Positions 1 through 10,106 of a stretch of 64,000 nt of DNA are shown piece after piece. Position 1 is the stretch's first letter; each line of letters opens with the position of its first letter. Source of the DNA: Oligoflexia bacterium. Its GTDB lineage: Bacteria > Bdellovibrionota > Bdellovibrionia > JABDDW01. Made by a program: the position numbers and the translations under genes. The stretch is from assembly GCA_043732305.1 (NCBI GenBank), contig JAYTHU010000231.1, forward strand, positions 28,807 to 92,806. Direction: 5' to 3'. Under the pieces are notes generated by a model. The model had not been told where the DNA came from, made no database searches, and worked only from the letters and a program-made list of their open reading frames with translations.

Positions 1-837
1 GGCCGACATTGAAGTCCAAATCACTTTATTTTTAAACAACGTCAAAGGAACAATGGGCTCACTCGCTTTTGTTTCGATGTAAAAGAAAACTCCAAGCATG
101 ATGATCGCACCCGTGATGAAACCTCTGATCAGTAAAGAATTCCAAGCGTAGTCCCGTCCCCCCCAACTGAGTGCGAGTAGAAGAGGAACCACCCAAAGAA
201 CCAGCGAAATCGCTCCTGCGTAATCAATTTTCGGTTTGGCCTTTCGCTTCACCTTGATATGTGGAAAAAAGAAAATGAGAATGAGAATAGCGATCACGCC
301 AATAGGTAAATTCACATAAAATACATAGCGCCATCCCGGACCATCGGTAAGAAATCCCCCAACGGCTGGACCAACCACACTGGCAAATCCAAAAACTGCG
401 CCCATGATTCCCGTCACGCGACCGCGACGCGCGGGTGGAAATAAATCAGCAATGGTTGTGAAGGCCATCGACTGAGTGATGCCCGCGCCTAAACCTTGGA
501 TTCCGCGGAAAGTAATCAGCTGCGCCATGCTCTGCGCACCTCCGCAAAGCACGCTCGCTACAATAAATAAAGTCACACCCATCAGTAGAAAAAATTTGCG
601 TCCGTAAAAATCACTTAATTTTCCGGCAATCGGAACCGCGGTTGTAGCGGCCACCATGTAAGCGGTTAAAACACCTGAATAGTGTTGAAAGCCGTGGAGA
701 TCGGAAATAATTCGCGGCATGGCGGTGCCCACAATTGTTTGGTCAAGTGCTGCTAGAAGCATAGCCGCAACCACGCCTGTCATTGTGGCAAAAACAACTC
801 GTGGTGGAAGATCGTGGTACGCCTCGTGATGAGCCAT
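1..837 (-). CDS. MFS drug:H+ antiporter (EmrB/QacA, DHA2 family), 3' end outside window
   Basis: Manual translation from ATG at 837: MAHHEAYHDLPPRVVFATMTGVVAAMLLAALDQTIVGTAMPRI...GKLSDFYGRK (ALDQTIV motif and MFS motif A). Not in the ORF track because the stop lies off the window. Confidence 0.9.
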   Translation of the reverse strand, partial: MAHHEAYHDLPPRVVFATMTGVVAAMLLAALDQTIVGTAMPRIISDLHGFQHYSGVLTAYMVAATTAVPIAGKLSDFYGRKFFLLMGVTLFIVASVLCGGAQSMAQLITFRGIQGLGAGITQSMAFTTIADLFPPARRGRVTGIMGAVFGFASVVGPAVGGFLTDGPGWRYVFYVNLPIGVIAILILIFFFPHIKVKRKAKPKIDYAGAISLVLWVVPLLLALSWGGRDYAWNSLLIRGFITGAIIMLGVFFYIETKASEPIVPLTLFKNKVIWTSMSA

Positions 838-1008
838 TATTTAGTGGAATTCTCCTATGGGGTTTCTATCTAGTAAATGATAACGCAATTTGTGAACAGT
901 TGTAAAATTTTTCAGCTCCAAAACGAATGTAGGCTCAGCGTGACGCGCTGATTAAAGCACCAAAATTTGATTTGTACCGGCGTACTTTGTCCTATTAGAA
1001 TAGTTCTC

Positions 1009-1803
1009 ATGAAATCCCCTCGCCTCCCTAGTCTGTTCATTGGCCATGGTTCACCGATGAATGCAATCGCAGACAATGAATTCACTGAAATGCTTAAAAA
1101 ACTTGGCGGAGAACTTCCTAAACCCGAGGCGGTTTTATGTATTTCGGCACATTGGTTGACCAAGGGCACGTGGATCACTCATATGAAACAGCCGCGCACG
1201 ATTCATGATTTTCATGGATTTCCACAACCGCTTTTTGACATTCAATATCCTTCACCCGGTAGTCCCGAAATTGCCGAACTTGTGAGTCGCTTGGTTGAAA
1301 AACCTCAGGTTATTTTAGATGACGAAACATGGGGCCTTGATCACGGGACTTGGTCCGTGCTCCGACACCTCTATCCTAAAGCAGATATTCCTGTTTTACA
1401 AATGAGCATAAATATCGAGCAACCCTCCAGTTATCATTTTGAGCTTGGTAAAAAGCTGCGTGTCCTGCGCGAAAATGGAATTTTAGTGTTGGGTAGCGGA
1501 AACATCGTTCATAATCTCCGACAAATCAAGTGGGAGGCAGACGCGGAACCTTTTGATTGGGCGGAAGCTTTTGATCAGTGGGCTAAGGAAAAACTTTTAG
1601 AACGTGATTTTGACTCTCTCGTTTCGAAAGCGAGTTTATCTCCGGCGGGAAAGTTGAGCATACCTACACCAGAACATTATTATCCTTTGCTTTATGTTTT
1701 AGGATCAAGTGATGACAAAGACGATCTCCGATTTGAGTTTGAAGAAATTCAAAATGGATCTATATCTATGAGAAGCCTAAGTTTTGGGAGGAAATCAAAA
1801 TGA
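1009..1803 (+). CDS. DODA-type extradiol ring-cleavage dioxygenase (LigB/YgiD family)
   Basis: FIGHGSPMN, SAHW, DHGTW, SGNIVHNL and PTPEHYYPL motifs. Start moved from the track's 967 to the ATG at 1009. Confidence 0.9.
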   Translation: MKSPRLPSLFIGHGSPMNAIADNEFTEMLKKLGGELPKPEAVLCISAHWLTKGTWITHMKQPRTIHDFHGFPQPLFDIQYPSPGSPEIAELVSRLVEKPQVILDDETWGLDHGTWSVLRHLYPKADIPVLQMSINIEQPSSYHFELGKKLRVLRENGILVLGSGNIVHNLRQIKWEADAEPFDWAEAFDQWAKEKLLERDFDSLVSKASLSPAGKLSIPTPEHYYPLLYVLGSSDDKDDLRFEFEEIQNGSISMRSLSFGRKSK

Positions 1804-3185
1804 AACAGCTTACCGCCTTTGATTTTAAATTGGGAATGGCTTTTATAGGATTGATCATTCTTGCTTTGGCAATATCCGTCACTGCTGCTTACGGGCTGAA
1901 TGAAACAATTAAGACCAGCAGATCTATTGTCGACAATTATGCCCAAGATTTGATCATCTCCGAAAGACTGCGAGCCGAAGAAGAAGCATTGGTTAGCGCA
2001 AGTCGTGGATACCTCATCACCAAGAATCACAGTTTTTTAGCTCGTGAAAACGAGGCACTTGAAAAATTTCTAAAAGATTTGAACACTTTGAAATCCGAAG
2101 ACTCTCCAGCCGAACATCGAAAATTAATACTAGCAATGGAAACGGCAAGCGGCTTTTATCTCAAAATCTTGAATGATTTTATGTCAGCTCACTCTGATAA
2201 AAGCCTCAAGATACTCGCAAAGGCATTTGAAATAAATCTACAACCTCGCCATGATGCTTTCCAAGCGTCAGTTTTAAACTTTGTGAGATACACAAAAAAG
2301 CAACTGGAAGAACAAAAAGTTCTGATCAATCAAACCAATGAAAAGTTTTTAAATATTTTCGTAGCTGTGAGCATCTTTGCGATCACTCTTTCTATTTGGC
2401 TGGCGGCATTTATTTTAAGATCTTCTTCTCGCCAATTGAGAAGAACTCAAGACGCAGTAAAAATTCGTGAGGAAGTGGTCGAGACGGTCGCCCACGATCT
2501 TAAAAATCCTATTGCAGCAATCAAACTGAGCAATGATCTTTTACTTTTTTCAGCTCTGAAAAATGGCAACCTCACTTTAGCGGACGTTCAAAAACGAAAT
2601 AAAAATATTGATCGAGCTTTGAATCGTGCCACGGCCATAATCAACAGTCTCCTCGATCTCACCAAACTTAAAAACAATTCTCTGACGCTCGAAAAGAAAA
2701 ATGTTTCGCTTCAGGGATTACTGCAGGAAGTTTTCGAACTTTTTGAGTTGGCAACTAAAGAGAAGAATATTCAGTTCGAGCTGCGTCAAGGTGACCAATT
2801 ACCGTCACTCTTTTGTGATAGCGAAAGAATCATTCAAGTTCTTTCTAATCTTATGAACAACGCAATCAAATTTTCTCCAGCTGGTTCACAAATTACTTTA
2901 GGAGCTGATCCTGTTGGGCCAGACATGGTTTTTTATATCTCTGACAAAGGACCTGGAATTTCTGAGCAAGAGCAAAAACATATTTTTGATCGCTATTGGC
3001 AAACTGATTCCTCTAAGAAAAAAGGGACCGGCCTGGGACTTGCCATATGCCGAGGAATTGTCGACAGTCATAAAGGGAGAATCTGGGTCGAGAGCTCTAC
3101 TCGCGGTTCCACATTTTCATTTTCAATCCCCCGCTCGAAAGATAAAAAGATTGCCGGAAGATCAACTGAACTCGGGATGTTTTAA
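1800..3185 (+). CDS. Membrane sensor histidine kinase (2 TM, CHASE3/4-helix sensor, HisKA, HATPase_c)
   Basis: H-box VAHDLKNP, N-box NLMNNAIKF, G1 DKGPGI, G2 GTGLGLAI. ATGA overlap with the dioxygenase. Confidence 0.9.
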   Translation: MKQLTAFDFKLGMAFIGLIILALAISVTAAYGLNETIKTSRSIVDNYAQDLIISERLRAEEEALVSASRGYLITKNHSFLARENEALEKFLKDLNTLKSEDSPAEHRKLILAMETASGFYLKILNDFMSAHSDKSLKILAKAFEINLQPRHDAFQASVLNFVRYTKKQLEEQKVLINQTNEKFLNIFVAVSIFAITLSIWLAAFILRSSSRQLRRTQDAVKIREEVVETVAHDLKNPIAAIKLSNDLLLFSALKNGNLTLADVQKRNKNIDRALNRATAIINSLLDLTKLKNNSLTLEKKNVSLQGLLQEVFELFELATKEKNIQFELRQGDQLPSLFCDSERIIQVLSNLMNNAIKFSPAGSQITLGADPVGPDMVFYISDKGPGISEQEQKHIFDRYWQTDSSKKKGTGLGLAICRGIVDSHKGRIWVESSTRGSTFSFSIPRSKDKKIAGRSTELGMF

Positions 3186-3395
3186 AGTGATTTCTTGACC
3201 TCAATGTTGCAACGTTTGTAATCGGGATGTGGGCCGAGATTCACAGTTTTGAAACCGAGCTTGTGATACAAATTGATGGCAGGCTCGAGAACTGTATTTG
3301 AGAGAAAAACAATCTCTGTTCCATGCAATATTAAGATCTCGATAGACATTCTTAAATCTGGAATCGTATGTGATTACCGTGGGTTCAGTTTTCAT
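3182..3395 (-). pseudogene. Internally deleted GNAT acetyltransferase remnant
   Basis: N-terminus MKTEPTVITYDSRFKNVYRDLNIAW joins, out of frame at about 3320, a GNAT C-terminus GTEIVFLSNTVLEPAINLYHKLGF...DYKRCNIEVKKSL*. The central core is missing. Confidence 0.7.
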
Positions 3396-4494
3396 GTTAT
3401 TTCCGTTTTACTCTTGATCGAAGCCATATCAATCACATATCTAAAATCGGCTTTCTTGTCATTTATGATTTCGTAAGCCTCATTCACTTTTTCAATTGAA
3501 ATGATCTTTATATTCGGCTGAATGTTATTTTTAGCGCAAAAATCAAGAACGTCTTGAGTTTCCGCAATACTTCCAATCAGTGAAGAACCCAGACTTCTTC
3601 TATCTGGAATCATTTTAGTCATGTCTATTGGTTTTGTTAAAGGCGCAATACAACCCACAATGACAAGATGCCCATCGAGGTTTAAAAGCTTCACATAGGG
3701 ATTCACGTCGTGGGGCTGCGGAATAGTGCTAATAATAAAATCCAAAGTTTTTTCGTTAGATCTCATTTCTTTATGATCATTCGCATCTATAACTTCTATG
3801 GCACCCAATTCAAGGGCATAATCTTTCTTTTCAATAGAAGTCGTGAGCACCGTCACTTCAGCACCCATAGCGATCGCTAATTTTACTGCCATATGACCCA
3901 ATCCGCCCAATCCCGCTACACCCACTTTTGTCCCTTTTTTCACATCCCAATGGCGCATTGGAGAAAACGTTGTGACACCGGCACAAAGTATTGGAGCTGC
4001 TGCTGCTGGATCAAGATTTGGAGGAATTCTTAAAACGAAATTTTCGGGCACAACAATCGAATCAGAATATCCTCCAAAAGTATTATTTTCTGTTGTGGGT
4101 TTGCGCATATTCCCGTTGTACGTCGCAAGGAATCCGTCATCGCAATAATTTTCAAGACCATCTTTGCATGCGGGGCACTTGTGGCACGAATCAACCATGC
4201 AGCCGACGCCGGCCATGTCTCCAACTTTAAATTTTTTAACATCACCGCCCATCTTCACAATTTTACCAACAATTTCGTGACCTGGGAGGCACGGATAGAC
4301 AGTGTTTCTCCACTCGTTTCTAACTTGATGAATGTCTGAATGGCAAACTCCGCAGTACATAATATCAATAAGAACTTCATTCGGTTGGGGGTCTCGTTTT
4401 TCAAACTCAAATGGTTTAAGTTCACTGTGCGAAGATATGGCTGCATATATATTGGGGCAGATGTATCCTGTTTCACGAGAACAGGCACAGGCAT
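3392..4494 (-). pseudogene. Zn-dependent NAD(P)H alcohol dehydrogenase (CAD/YahK family), frameshifted near the 5' end
   Basis: YCGVCHSD, PGHE, CxxCxxC...C, LCAGVT and GLGGLG motifs. The conserved N-terminus YAAISSHSELKPFEFEKRDPQPNEVLIDI is in frame but has no ATG/GTG/TTG. Removing one AT from (AT)4 at 4445-4452 joins it to the ATG at 4494. Confidence 0.75.
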
Positions 4495-4669
4495 CGCGCG
4501 GTTTGTCCCCGACATGAGATTGAATATTTGATCTACTCTTCTCTTCGGCAAAGCCAACATAAAGGGAGAATTTTTTGAGACCTATAATTTTACTTTTTGA
4601 ATCTAATATTTTTATGACGCGTTTTGCATAATAGGCGCAGTTTATTTTATCTGCCGTAATACGCCATCT

Positions 4670-5539
4670 TCAGTTCGCATCTTTTGCATGAGGCTTACGC
4701 ATTATAAGATCAAAGGTTTCGCCTTCTGAAAGAATATGTAAGCGCACATCGTGACAGGACATGGTTTTATCCGCCGATGCTTCTGAAATATTTGTGTAAG
4801 TGACACCTGTTCCATCAATAATATAAACAGCGTTCTCTCCAATGACGTGAAAATGATCTTGCTTCACAACAATAGCGGTATTCTCGTCGATGCCCACGCC
4901 AAGCACTCCCGGGTTCATGGAGACTGCACCAAGCAAACGGCCAACTCGACCCCGCTGAGCAAAATGTTGATCGATAATCATATTTTCTAAAAGTCCAAGT
5001 CCTGGCGCCATCATCCAATTCCCAATTTTATGAGAATCCAATTGATCATTTCCGACGAGCATCATTTTTCCCATGACTGCCGCACCAGCAGATGTTCCAG
5101 CGATCGTGCCACCTTGCTTAAACAGTTTAAAAATTTTCTCTACGATTGGACTTCCCCCAAGTTTGGTAGTGATTTTAAGCTGATCTCCCCCGGTGAAGAA
5201 AAAAACTTTAGCGTCTTCAAAAAGTAAATCGACATCCACGACTCGAGCTTCATCAGGTTGATTGATATCCAAATGTTCAATAGATTTTACTCCTAAAGAC
5301 TTAAATATTTTATTGTACTCAGTCCACACTTGAGAAGGAATTTGACTGGCGACAGTTGAGACAATGAGTTTTCCGCCATCTACTTTTGCGGCGATCTCTT
5401 TCAAAATGGCAAGATCACCGATTTTATCTTCATTGCCACCAACGATAATCAGACTACCCGCAATTCCTTCAGATTCACGGCGAACAACTACGGGGAGTGC
5501 AGATTTTTTAATTTTTTTTTTAGTTTTAGTGGATTTCAT
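4670..5539 (-). CDS. cphB: Cyanophycinase
   Basis: IVGGNED, TGGDQ, catalytic GTSAGA, DQHFAQRGR, GIDENTA motifs; lies in the cphA operon. Confidence 0.93.
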   Translation of the reverse strand: MKSTKTKKKIKKSALPVVVRRESEGIAGSLIIVGGNEDKIGDLAILKEIAAKVDGGKLIVSTVASQIPSQVWTEYNKIFKSLGVKSIEHLDINQPDEARVVDVDLLFEDAKVFFFTGGDQLKITTKLGGSPIVEKIFKLFKQGGTIAGTSAGAAVMGKMMLVGNDQLDSHKIGNWMMAPGLGLLENMIIDQHFAQRGRVGRLLGAVSMNPGVLGVGIDENTAIVVKQDHFHVIGENAVYIIDGTGVTYTNISEASADKTMSCHDVRLHILSEGETFDLIMRKPHAKDAN

Positions 5540-6671
5540 AAATATCAAATCCTCGGCGTTTCAAATGAGTAAGTTTCGTAAATGATGTGCTTCCGTCCTT
5601 TACAAAAAATTTACCTTTGGACAGAACGTGTCGCAGTTCCAGATCTTGACGAGTAAAAGCAATGATGTCGGCATCGAAACCTTCCTGGAGCTTGCCTTTT
5701 CTAGATAACTTTAAAACATTCGCAGTATTTGACGTGAAGTGAGGAAGAAGGTCGCCGAAGGGGATTTTATGTTCAAGAACACAATTGCGAATTTCCGACC
5801 AAATTTCTTTAGCGGAAGAATATCCAGCATCGGACGAAACGGTCATCTGATTTTTAGGGCCACCCTCGTTTAAATACAACCTATACCAACGAGCAAGATT
5901 TCGTTCGCAAATATCAAAATCCATAAAGCAACCTTTGCGGGCAAGCTCAATTCCTTCTCTCACGAGGGCCTCACTACGATCCATGTGAGTCATAAATAAT
6001 TTTGCCGGATCAATCACTTGTGAATTCATTAGCTCCCGCACAGACTGAAGCTTTCTATCTCCAGTGCCCACATGAAAATGTGTGATGCCAGCCTTTCCAG
6101 AGAGCATGCCGCCAACGGCCGCATCAATAGACGCACGCGCAAGTTCAGCAGGCGTGGGTTCCGGGGCTCGATGATCAGAGATTGCAATTTCTCCCACACC
6201 GATTATTTCAGAAATGAAAATGAGATCGTTCCGAACAGAACCCGTGATTGTTTTCGGAGGGCAATCATAGCCACCAACATAACAAAATGCAGTCAGCCCA
6301 ATCTCATTAAACGATTTTACTTTAGCCAACAAATCAGGCATCGCTTTGGTTGTTGTGTCCACACCAAGTGTGCCCACAACTGTAGTGATTCCCCCAAGAA
6401 CGCATTCTGAAATTAAAACTTCAGGACTCTGGGAGTGAAATCCGCCCCCCTCCCCACTGCCTCCCGCTAAATGCAAATGGGGATCGAGGAGAGCGGGAGC
6501 AAGCCCAAGTCCTTCACAGTCAATGATTTCTACTTCACCTGGATATTTGCAGATCCATTCCGTGGAAATTTTGCCAATCTTTTCAATAGTTGAATCCAAG
6601 ACAAGAACATCTGCCCGAATGACAATGCCCTCCGGTAAAAAGCATTCCCCATTGATCAGTAATTTGATCAC
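5526..6671 (-). CDS. iadA: Beta-aspartyl (isoaspartyl) dipeptidase, amidohydrolase type
   Basis: DPHLHLAGGSGEGG, GEIAISDHR, HFHVG, THMDR, SSDAG motifs. Confidence 0.9.
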   Translation of the reverse strand: MIKLLINGECFLPEGIVIRADVLVLDSTIEKIGKISTEWICKYPGEVEIIDCEGLGLAPALLDPHLHLAGGSGEGGGFHSQSPEVLISECVLGGITTVVGTLGVDTTTKAMPDLLAKVKSFNEIGLTAFCYVGGYDCPPKTITGSVRNDLIFISEIIGVGEIAISDHRAPEPTPAELARASIDAAVGGMLSGKAGITHFHVGTGDRKLQSVRELMNSQVIDPAKLFMTHMDRSEALVREGIELARKGCFMDFDICERNLARWYRLYLNEGGPKNQMTVSSDAGYSSAKEIWSEIRNCVLEHKIPFGDLLPHFTSNTANVLKLSRKGKLQEGFDADIIAFTRQDLELRHVLSKGKFFVKDGSTSFTKLTHLKRRGFDIYEIH

Positions 6672-9406
6672 TTATATCCTATCGAATTAAATACCTGTCC
6701 TGAACTTGATGTATTATCTTTTGCAGCGTAGGCGGAAGTTTGATTTATTCCTGGCTGTTTAACTGGGCCGGGCATATGTGGGATAAAATGAACTGGTGTG
6801 GGATCAAAATTTCTTATGATCTTAAGCGATGTTTCAAGTTGATCATAAAATATGACAACAATTTCCTTTTGTTGCATAGTTGAAAGTGCAAGTTCGATAG
6901 CTACATCCTCACGTGGAATCACCTGGCATTCAATATGTGGGAATTCCCTCTCGATTATACTCGCCATCAAAAGCGGAATTTCCCCCACCTTACGACCGCG
7001 TAAATCTTGGTCCTCTTTAATAATCACCTTATCAAAATACGGAGCAAAACTGCGCACGCCTTGCTCAAGCAATTCATCACGTCGGTCACCCGGAAGGCCA
7101 ACGACTGCCGTGGTCTTATAAAATCTATAATTTTCCAACATTTTACCAATAGCAACGAATGCATCAGGATTGTGTCCGTAATCAAGAACCACATAATTTT
7201 CACGAACGACATAAATATTAAGGCGACCAATATTTTCTTGTGCAGGATTAAAAGTTTTTAATTTTTCAAAAACCTCTTGAGGCCTCATTCCCAAGCCGAC
7301 CGCACCGCAGATAACGGCCAACGAATTCGAGATTTGAAATTCCGCTAGCCCGCCCATTGTCACAGGAAGATCCGAAACTTGGCCTAAGGTCTCAAGCTTT
7401 CCGCTCACACTGCAGTGAACAATTCCTTCTTCCACCCAGCATGCATCTTGTGCCGAATGAAGATGCCGATGAATAGAAAGATTTGCATCTTTCACTGAGT
7501 ACAACATGATATTTCTCTTTAGATTTGTAACAGAACGATGCGCAAGCAGACTCATCGCATTCTTGTCATCGGCATTAAGAACTATTGTTCCGCCTAGCCG
7601 CACTCGCTCGACAACCAGTGATTTAATTCTCACTAAGTCTTCCATATCTTCAATTCCATCTTGGCCAATGTGATCGGGTCTGATATTTGTGATGATCCCA
7701 ATATCCGACCAATCATAAGCAAGTCCTCCGCGCATTATTCCACCACGAGCAAGCTCCAAAACAGCGCAATCAACTTGAGGATCGTTCAAAACTTTTGCAG
7801 CGGAAAGTGGCCCGGATGTATCGCCGTGGTCTATCTTATGATCACCGATCCAAACACCATCACTGGAAGTCATGCCAACGCAATCAAACTTTGCAGAAAG
7901 AACTTTAGCGAGCATACGTACAGAAGAAGTTTTGCCATTTGTACCAGTGACACCTACGATAGGGATTCGAGAAGAACTTGAATCCCCTTTCGGGTAAAGC
8001 ATCCGCACAATATCTTTTCCAACTTGCCGTGGCATTCCTTCATTAGGCGCGAGATGCATTCTCAAGCCAGGACCAGCATTGACTTCAATGACCTTTGCTC
8101 CGTCTTCTACCGGCTTTGAAATATCTGAATGAATCAGATCGACACCACATATGTCGAGACCGACGAGACAAGTCGCCCTTTCGCACATTGCTTTCACAGA
8201 TGGATGAACATCGTCAGTAACGTCTCTTGCTGTCCCTCCTCCAGAAAGATTGGCATTTTCTCGGAGATATATTTTTTCATCAAATTTCGGGATTATTTCA
8301 AGACTCTGATTTTGTTTTTGCAACGTTTTTAACAGCATCTCATCAATTTCGATTTTAGTGAGAGCTCCACCGTGACCTTCCACTCGTCGAGAATCCTCAT
8401 TCAGCACTTCAATTAATTTTCCAATGGTCGACACATTATCACCCGTCACAAAAGGTGGAATCCGCTCTGCAGCAGCAACCATTTTCCCATCGACCATTAA
8501 AACTCGATAGTCTTTACCGGGACACATCTCCTCAATCAAGATTCCATCAGAAAATTTTCGAGCTAATTGGAACGCGAAAGTAGCCTCTTGAATTGAATTT
8601 ACGTTTAAGCAAACACCTTCTCCGTGATGGCCATCATAAGGTTTTATTGCAATAGGAAACTTAATTTCGCTGAGACCATCTAAAAGTTCAGTGATGCTAT
8701 AAACTAAACTCCCTGCAGGCACCGGGACCCCACCGGCTATTAGAATATTTTTGGTCAGAGATTTATCTTGTACAAGTTCAACAGCAATATTGCTCGTTCT
8801 ATCTGTTACCGCCGCTTGCACGTGACGAATATTTTTTCCGTATCCTAATCTAAGAAGAGAATTTTCAGAAACTCGGCGACATGGAATTCCTCGGTCTACA
8901 GCGGCATCATAGATGGCCTGCGTGCTCGGCCCCATTTTTGTTCGAGCCACGGTGCTTTTAATTACTGAAAGCGAAGAGGCTAATTCGAAAAGTTGGCCTT
9001 CCAATAGTTTTGAAACTACTTCGACAGCCAACCTATGACATGCCATCATGCCTTCTTCATTTTCAAAGCAAGTCACGACATCATATAAACCAGGGGATCC
9101 CGCATAGACAGTTTTTCCATAAGTCACGCCAATCCCGGCAAGTTCGCTTAATTCTATGGCCACATGTTCAGTCACATGGGCTAAATATGTTCCACGATTT
9201 AATCTCTCAATAAATCCGCCGCGATAACCCGGAGAACAAGTGTGTTCAACCATGCCAGGGAAAAGGGAAAGCAATCGCGAAACAAAATCCGGAATCTGGT
9301 GGGTACCAGTTTCGGCTAAATTTTTTAGATTTAGTCGCGAGATAATCACAGGCCTATTGTGAAAAATCCCGGGGCCATGAATAGCCTTAATTTTTGTAAT
9401 TTCCAT
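6668..9406 (-). CDS. cphA: Cyanophycin synthetase CphA1
   Basis: N domain (EHTCS...GGFIERL...GTYLAHVTEHVAIE), ATP-grasp domain (KPYDGHHGEGV, EVNAGPGLRMH) and Mur-ligase domain (VTGTNGKTS, ELARGG, DYGHNP). Confidence 0.95.
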   Translation of the reverse strand: MEITKIKAIHGPGIFHNRPVIISRLNLKNLAETGTHQIPDFVSRLLSLFPGMVEHTCSPGYRGGFIERLNRGTYLAHVTEHVAIELSELAGIGVTYGKTVYAGSPGLYDVVTCFENEEGMMACHRLAVEVVSKLLEGQLFELASSLSVIKSTVARTKMGPSTQAIYDAAVDRGIPCRRVSENSLLRLGYGKNIRHVQAAVTDRTSNIAVELVQDKSLTKNILIAGGVPVPAGSLVYSITELLDGLSEIKFPIAIKPYDGHHGEGVCLNVNSIQEATFAFQLARKFSDGILIEEMCPGKDYRVLMVDGKMVAAAERIPPFVTGDNVSTIGKLIEVLNEDSRRVEGHGGALTKIEIDEMLLKTLQKQNQSLEIIPKFDEKIYLRENANLSGGGTARDVTDDVHPSVKAMCERATCLVGLDICGVDLIHSDISKPVEDGAKVIEVNAGPGLRMHLAPNEGMPRQVGKDIVRMLYPKGDSSSSRIPIVGVTGTNGKTSSVRMLAKVLSAKFDCVGMTSSDGVWIGDHKIDHGDTSGPLSAAKVLNDPQVDCAVLELARGGIMRGGLAYDWSDIGIITNIRPDHIGQDGIEDMEDLVRIKSLVVERVRLGGTIVLNADDKNAMSLLAHRSVTNLKRNIMLYSVKDANLSIHRHLHSAQDACWVEEGIVHCSVSGKLETLGQVSDLPVTMGGLAEFQISNSLAVICGAVGLGMRPQEVFEKLKTFNPAQENIGRLNIYVVRENYVVLDYGHNPDAFVAIGKMLENYRFYKTTAVVGLPGDRRDELLEQGVRSFAPYFDKVIIKEDQDLRGRKVGEIPLLMASIIEREFPHIECQVIPREDVAIELALSTMQQKEIVVIFYDQLETSLKIIRNFDPTPVHFIPHMPGPVKQPGINQTSAYAAKDNTSSSGQVFNSIGYK

Positions 9407-9412
9407 AATCGA

Positions 9413-9949
9413 TTATTGTCTTTGGGTTATATCGAAATTCTTAAATTTTTCAGTGAGTCTAGGCGGCATGAGATTAGCAACCATATCCAGAGTAGTTTTA
9501 ACGATTCCTTCACCTTTGATTTCGGGTTTCAATGCATTAAAGGTTTCAGCCATAGAAACAGCTTCGTCCTCGGTAAATAATTTTCTACCCGCAGAAAACA
9601 TTTCCGATTCTTCTTCGCGGATATGATGTTCCAAAGCGTCTCTTAATTTTTTTGCGATGGTTTTCCAAGTCGTGTCTAACTTATCCATCACTTGAAGAGA
9701 ACGCAAAAGTCCTTCAGCCATCATGTGCTCAGCATAGCCGTGCATGGCCAGACTTTTTGATGCGTCCATCATTCGCAATGAATTATAAAGCACAGCCTCT
9801 TCAGCTCGAGAATGTGGAATGAGTTCATCCCTTATATGTGAAATCAATTGATGTCGCACTTCTGAATTTTCTTCGTTCAGATTAACGAGTTGATTAAGAA
9901 GTTGTTTTACTTTGGCGTGATCTGTTGCGAGCGCTTCATATATATCCAT
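9413..9949 (-). CDS. Hemerythrin/HHE cation-binding domain protein
   Basis: DH...PHSRAEE...EH...EHHIREEE pattern; SD GGAGG upstream. Confidence 0.85.
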   Translation of the reverse strand: MDIYEALATDHAKVKQLLNQLVNLNEENSEVRHQLISHIRDELIPHSRAEEAVLYNSLRMMDASKSLAMHGYAEHMMAEGLLRSLQVMDKLDTTWKTIAKKLRDALEHHIREEESEMFSAGRKLFTEDEAVSMAETFNALKPEIKGEGIVKTTLDMVANLMPPRLTEKFKNFDITQRQ

Positions 9950-10106
9950 AAATCCTCCGGGTTAAATTAGCTGATGAGAGCTTCTTTAACCTTAAGGATT
10001 GCAATATCGAGACCTAGCCTGTGATCGATCTAGAAGATTTTACCCTGTGCATATGTGGATTAAGACCACGTAGGCCAGGATTTAAGTGGATATTCTCTAC
10101 TTTATT

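Noticed and set aside
3392-5548. cphB and the ADH share one frame, separated only by the TGA at 4670, suggesting a readthrough or selenocysteine fusion
   Set aside because: The intervening ~70 codons look non-coding (AT-rich), no SECIS-like hairpin was recognised, and the (AT)4 slip explains the ADH start more simply.
9999-10016. GG-N10-GC spacing upstream of the hemerythrin-cphA operon (sigma54?)
   Set aside because: The -24 box AGGTCT is far from TGGCAC; this spacing is common by chance.
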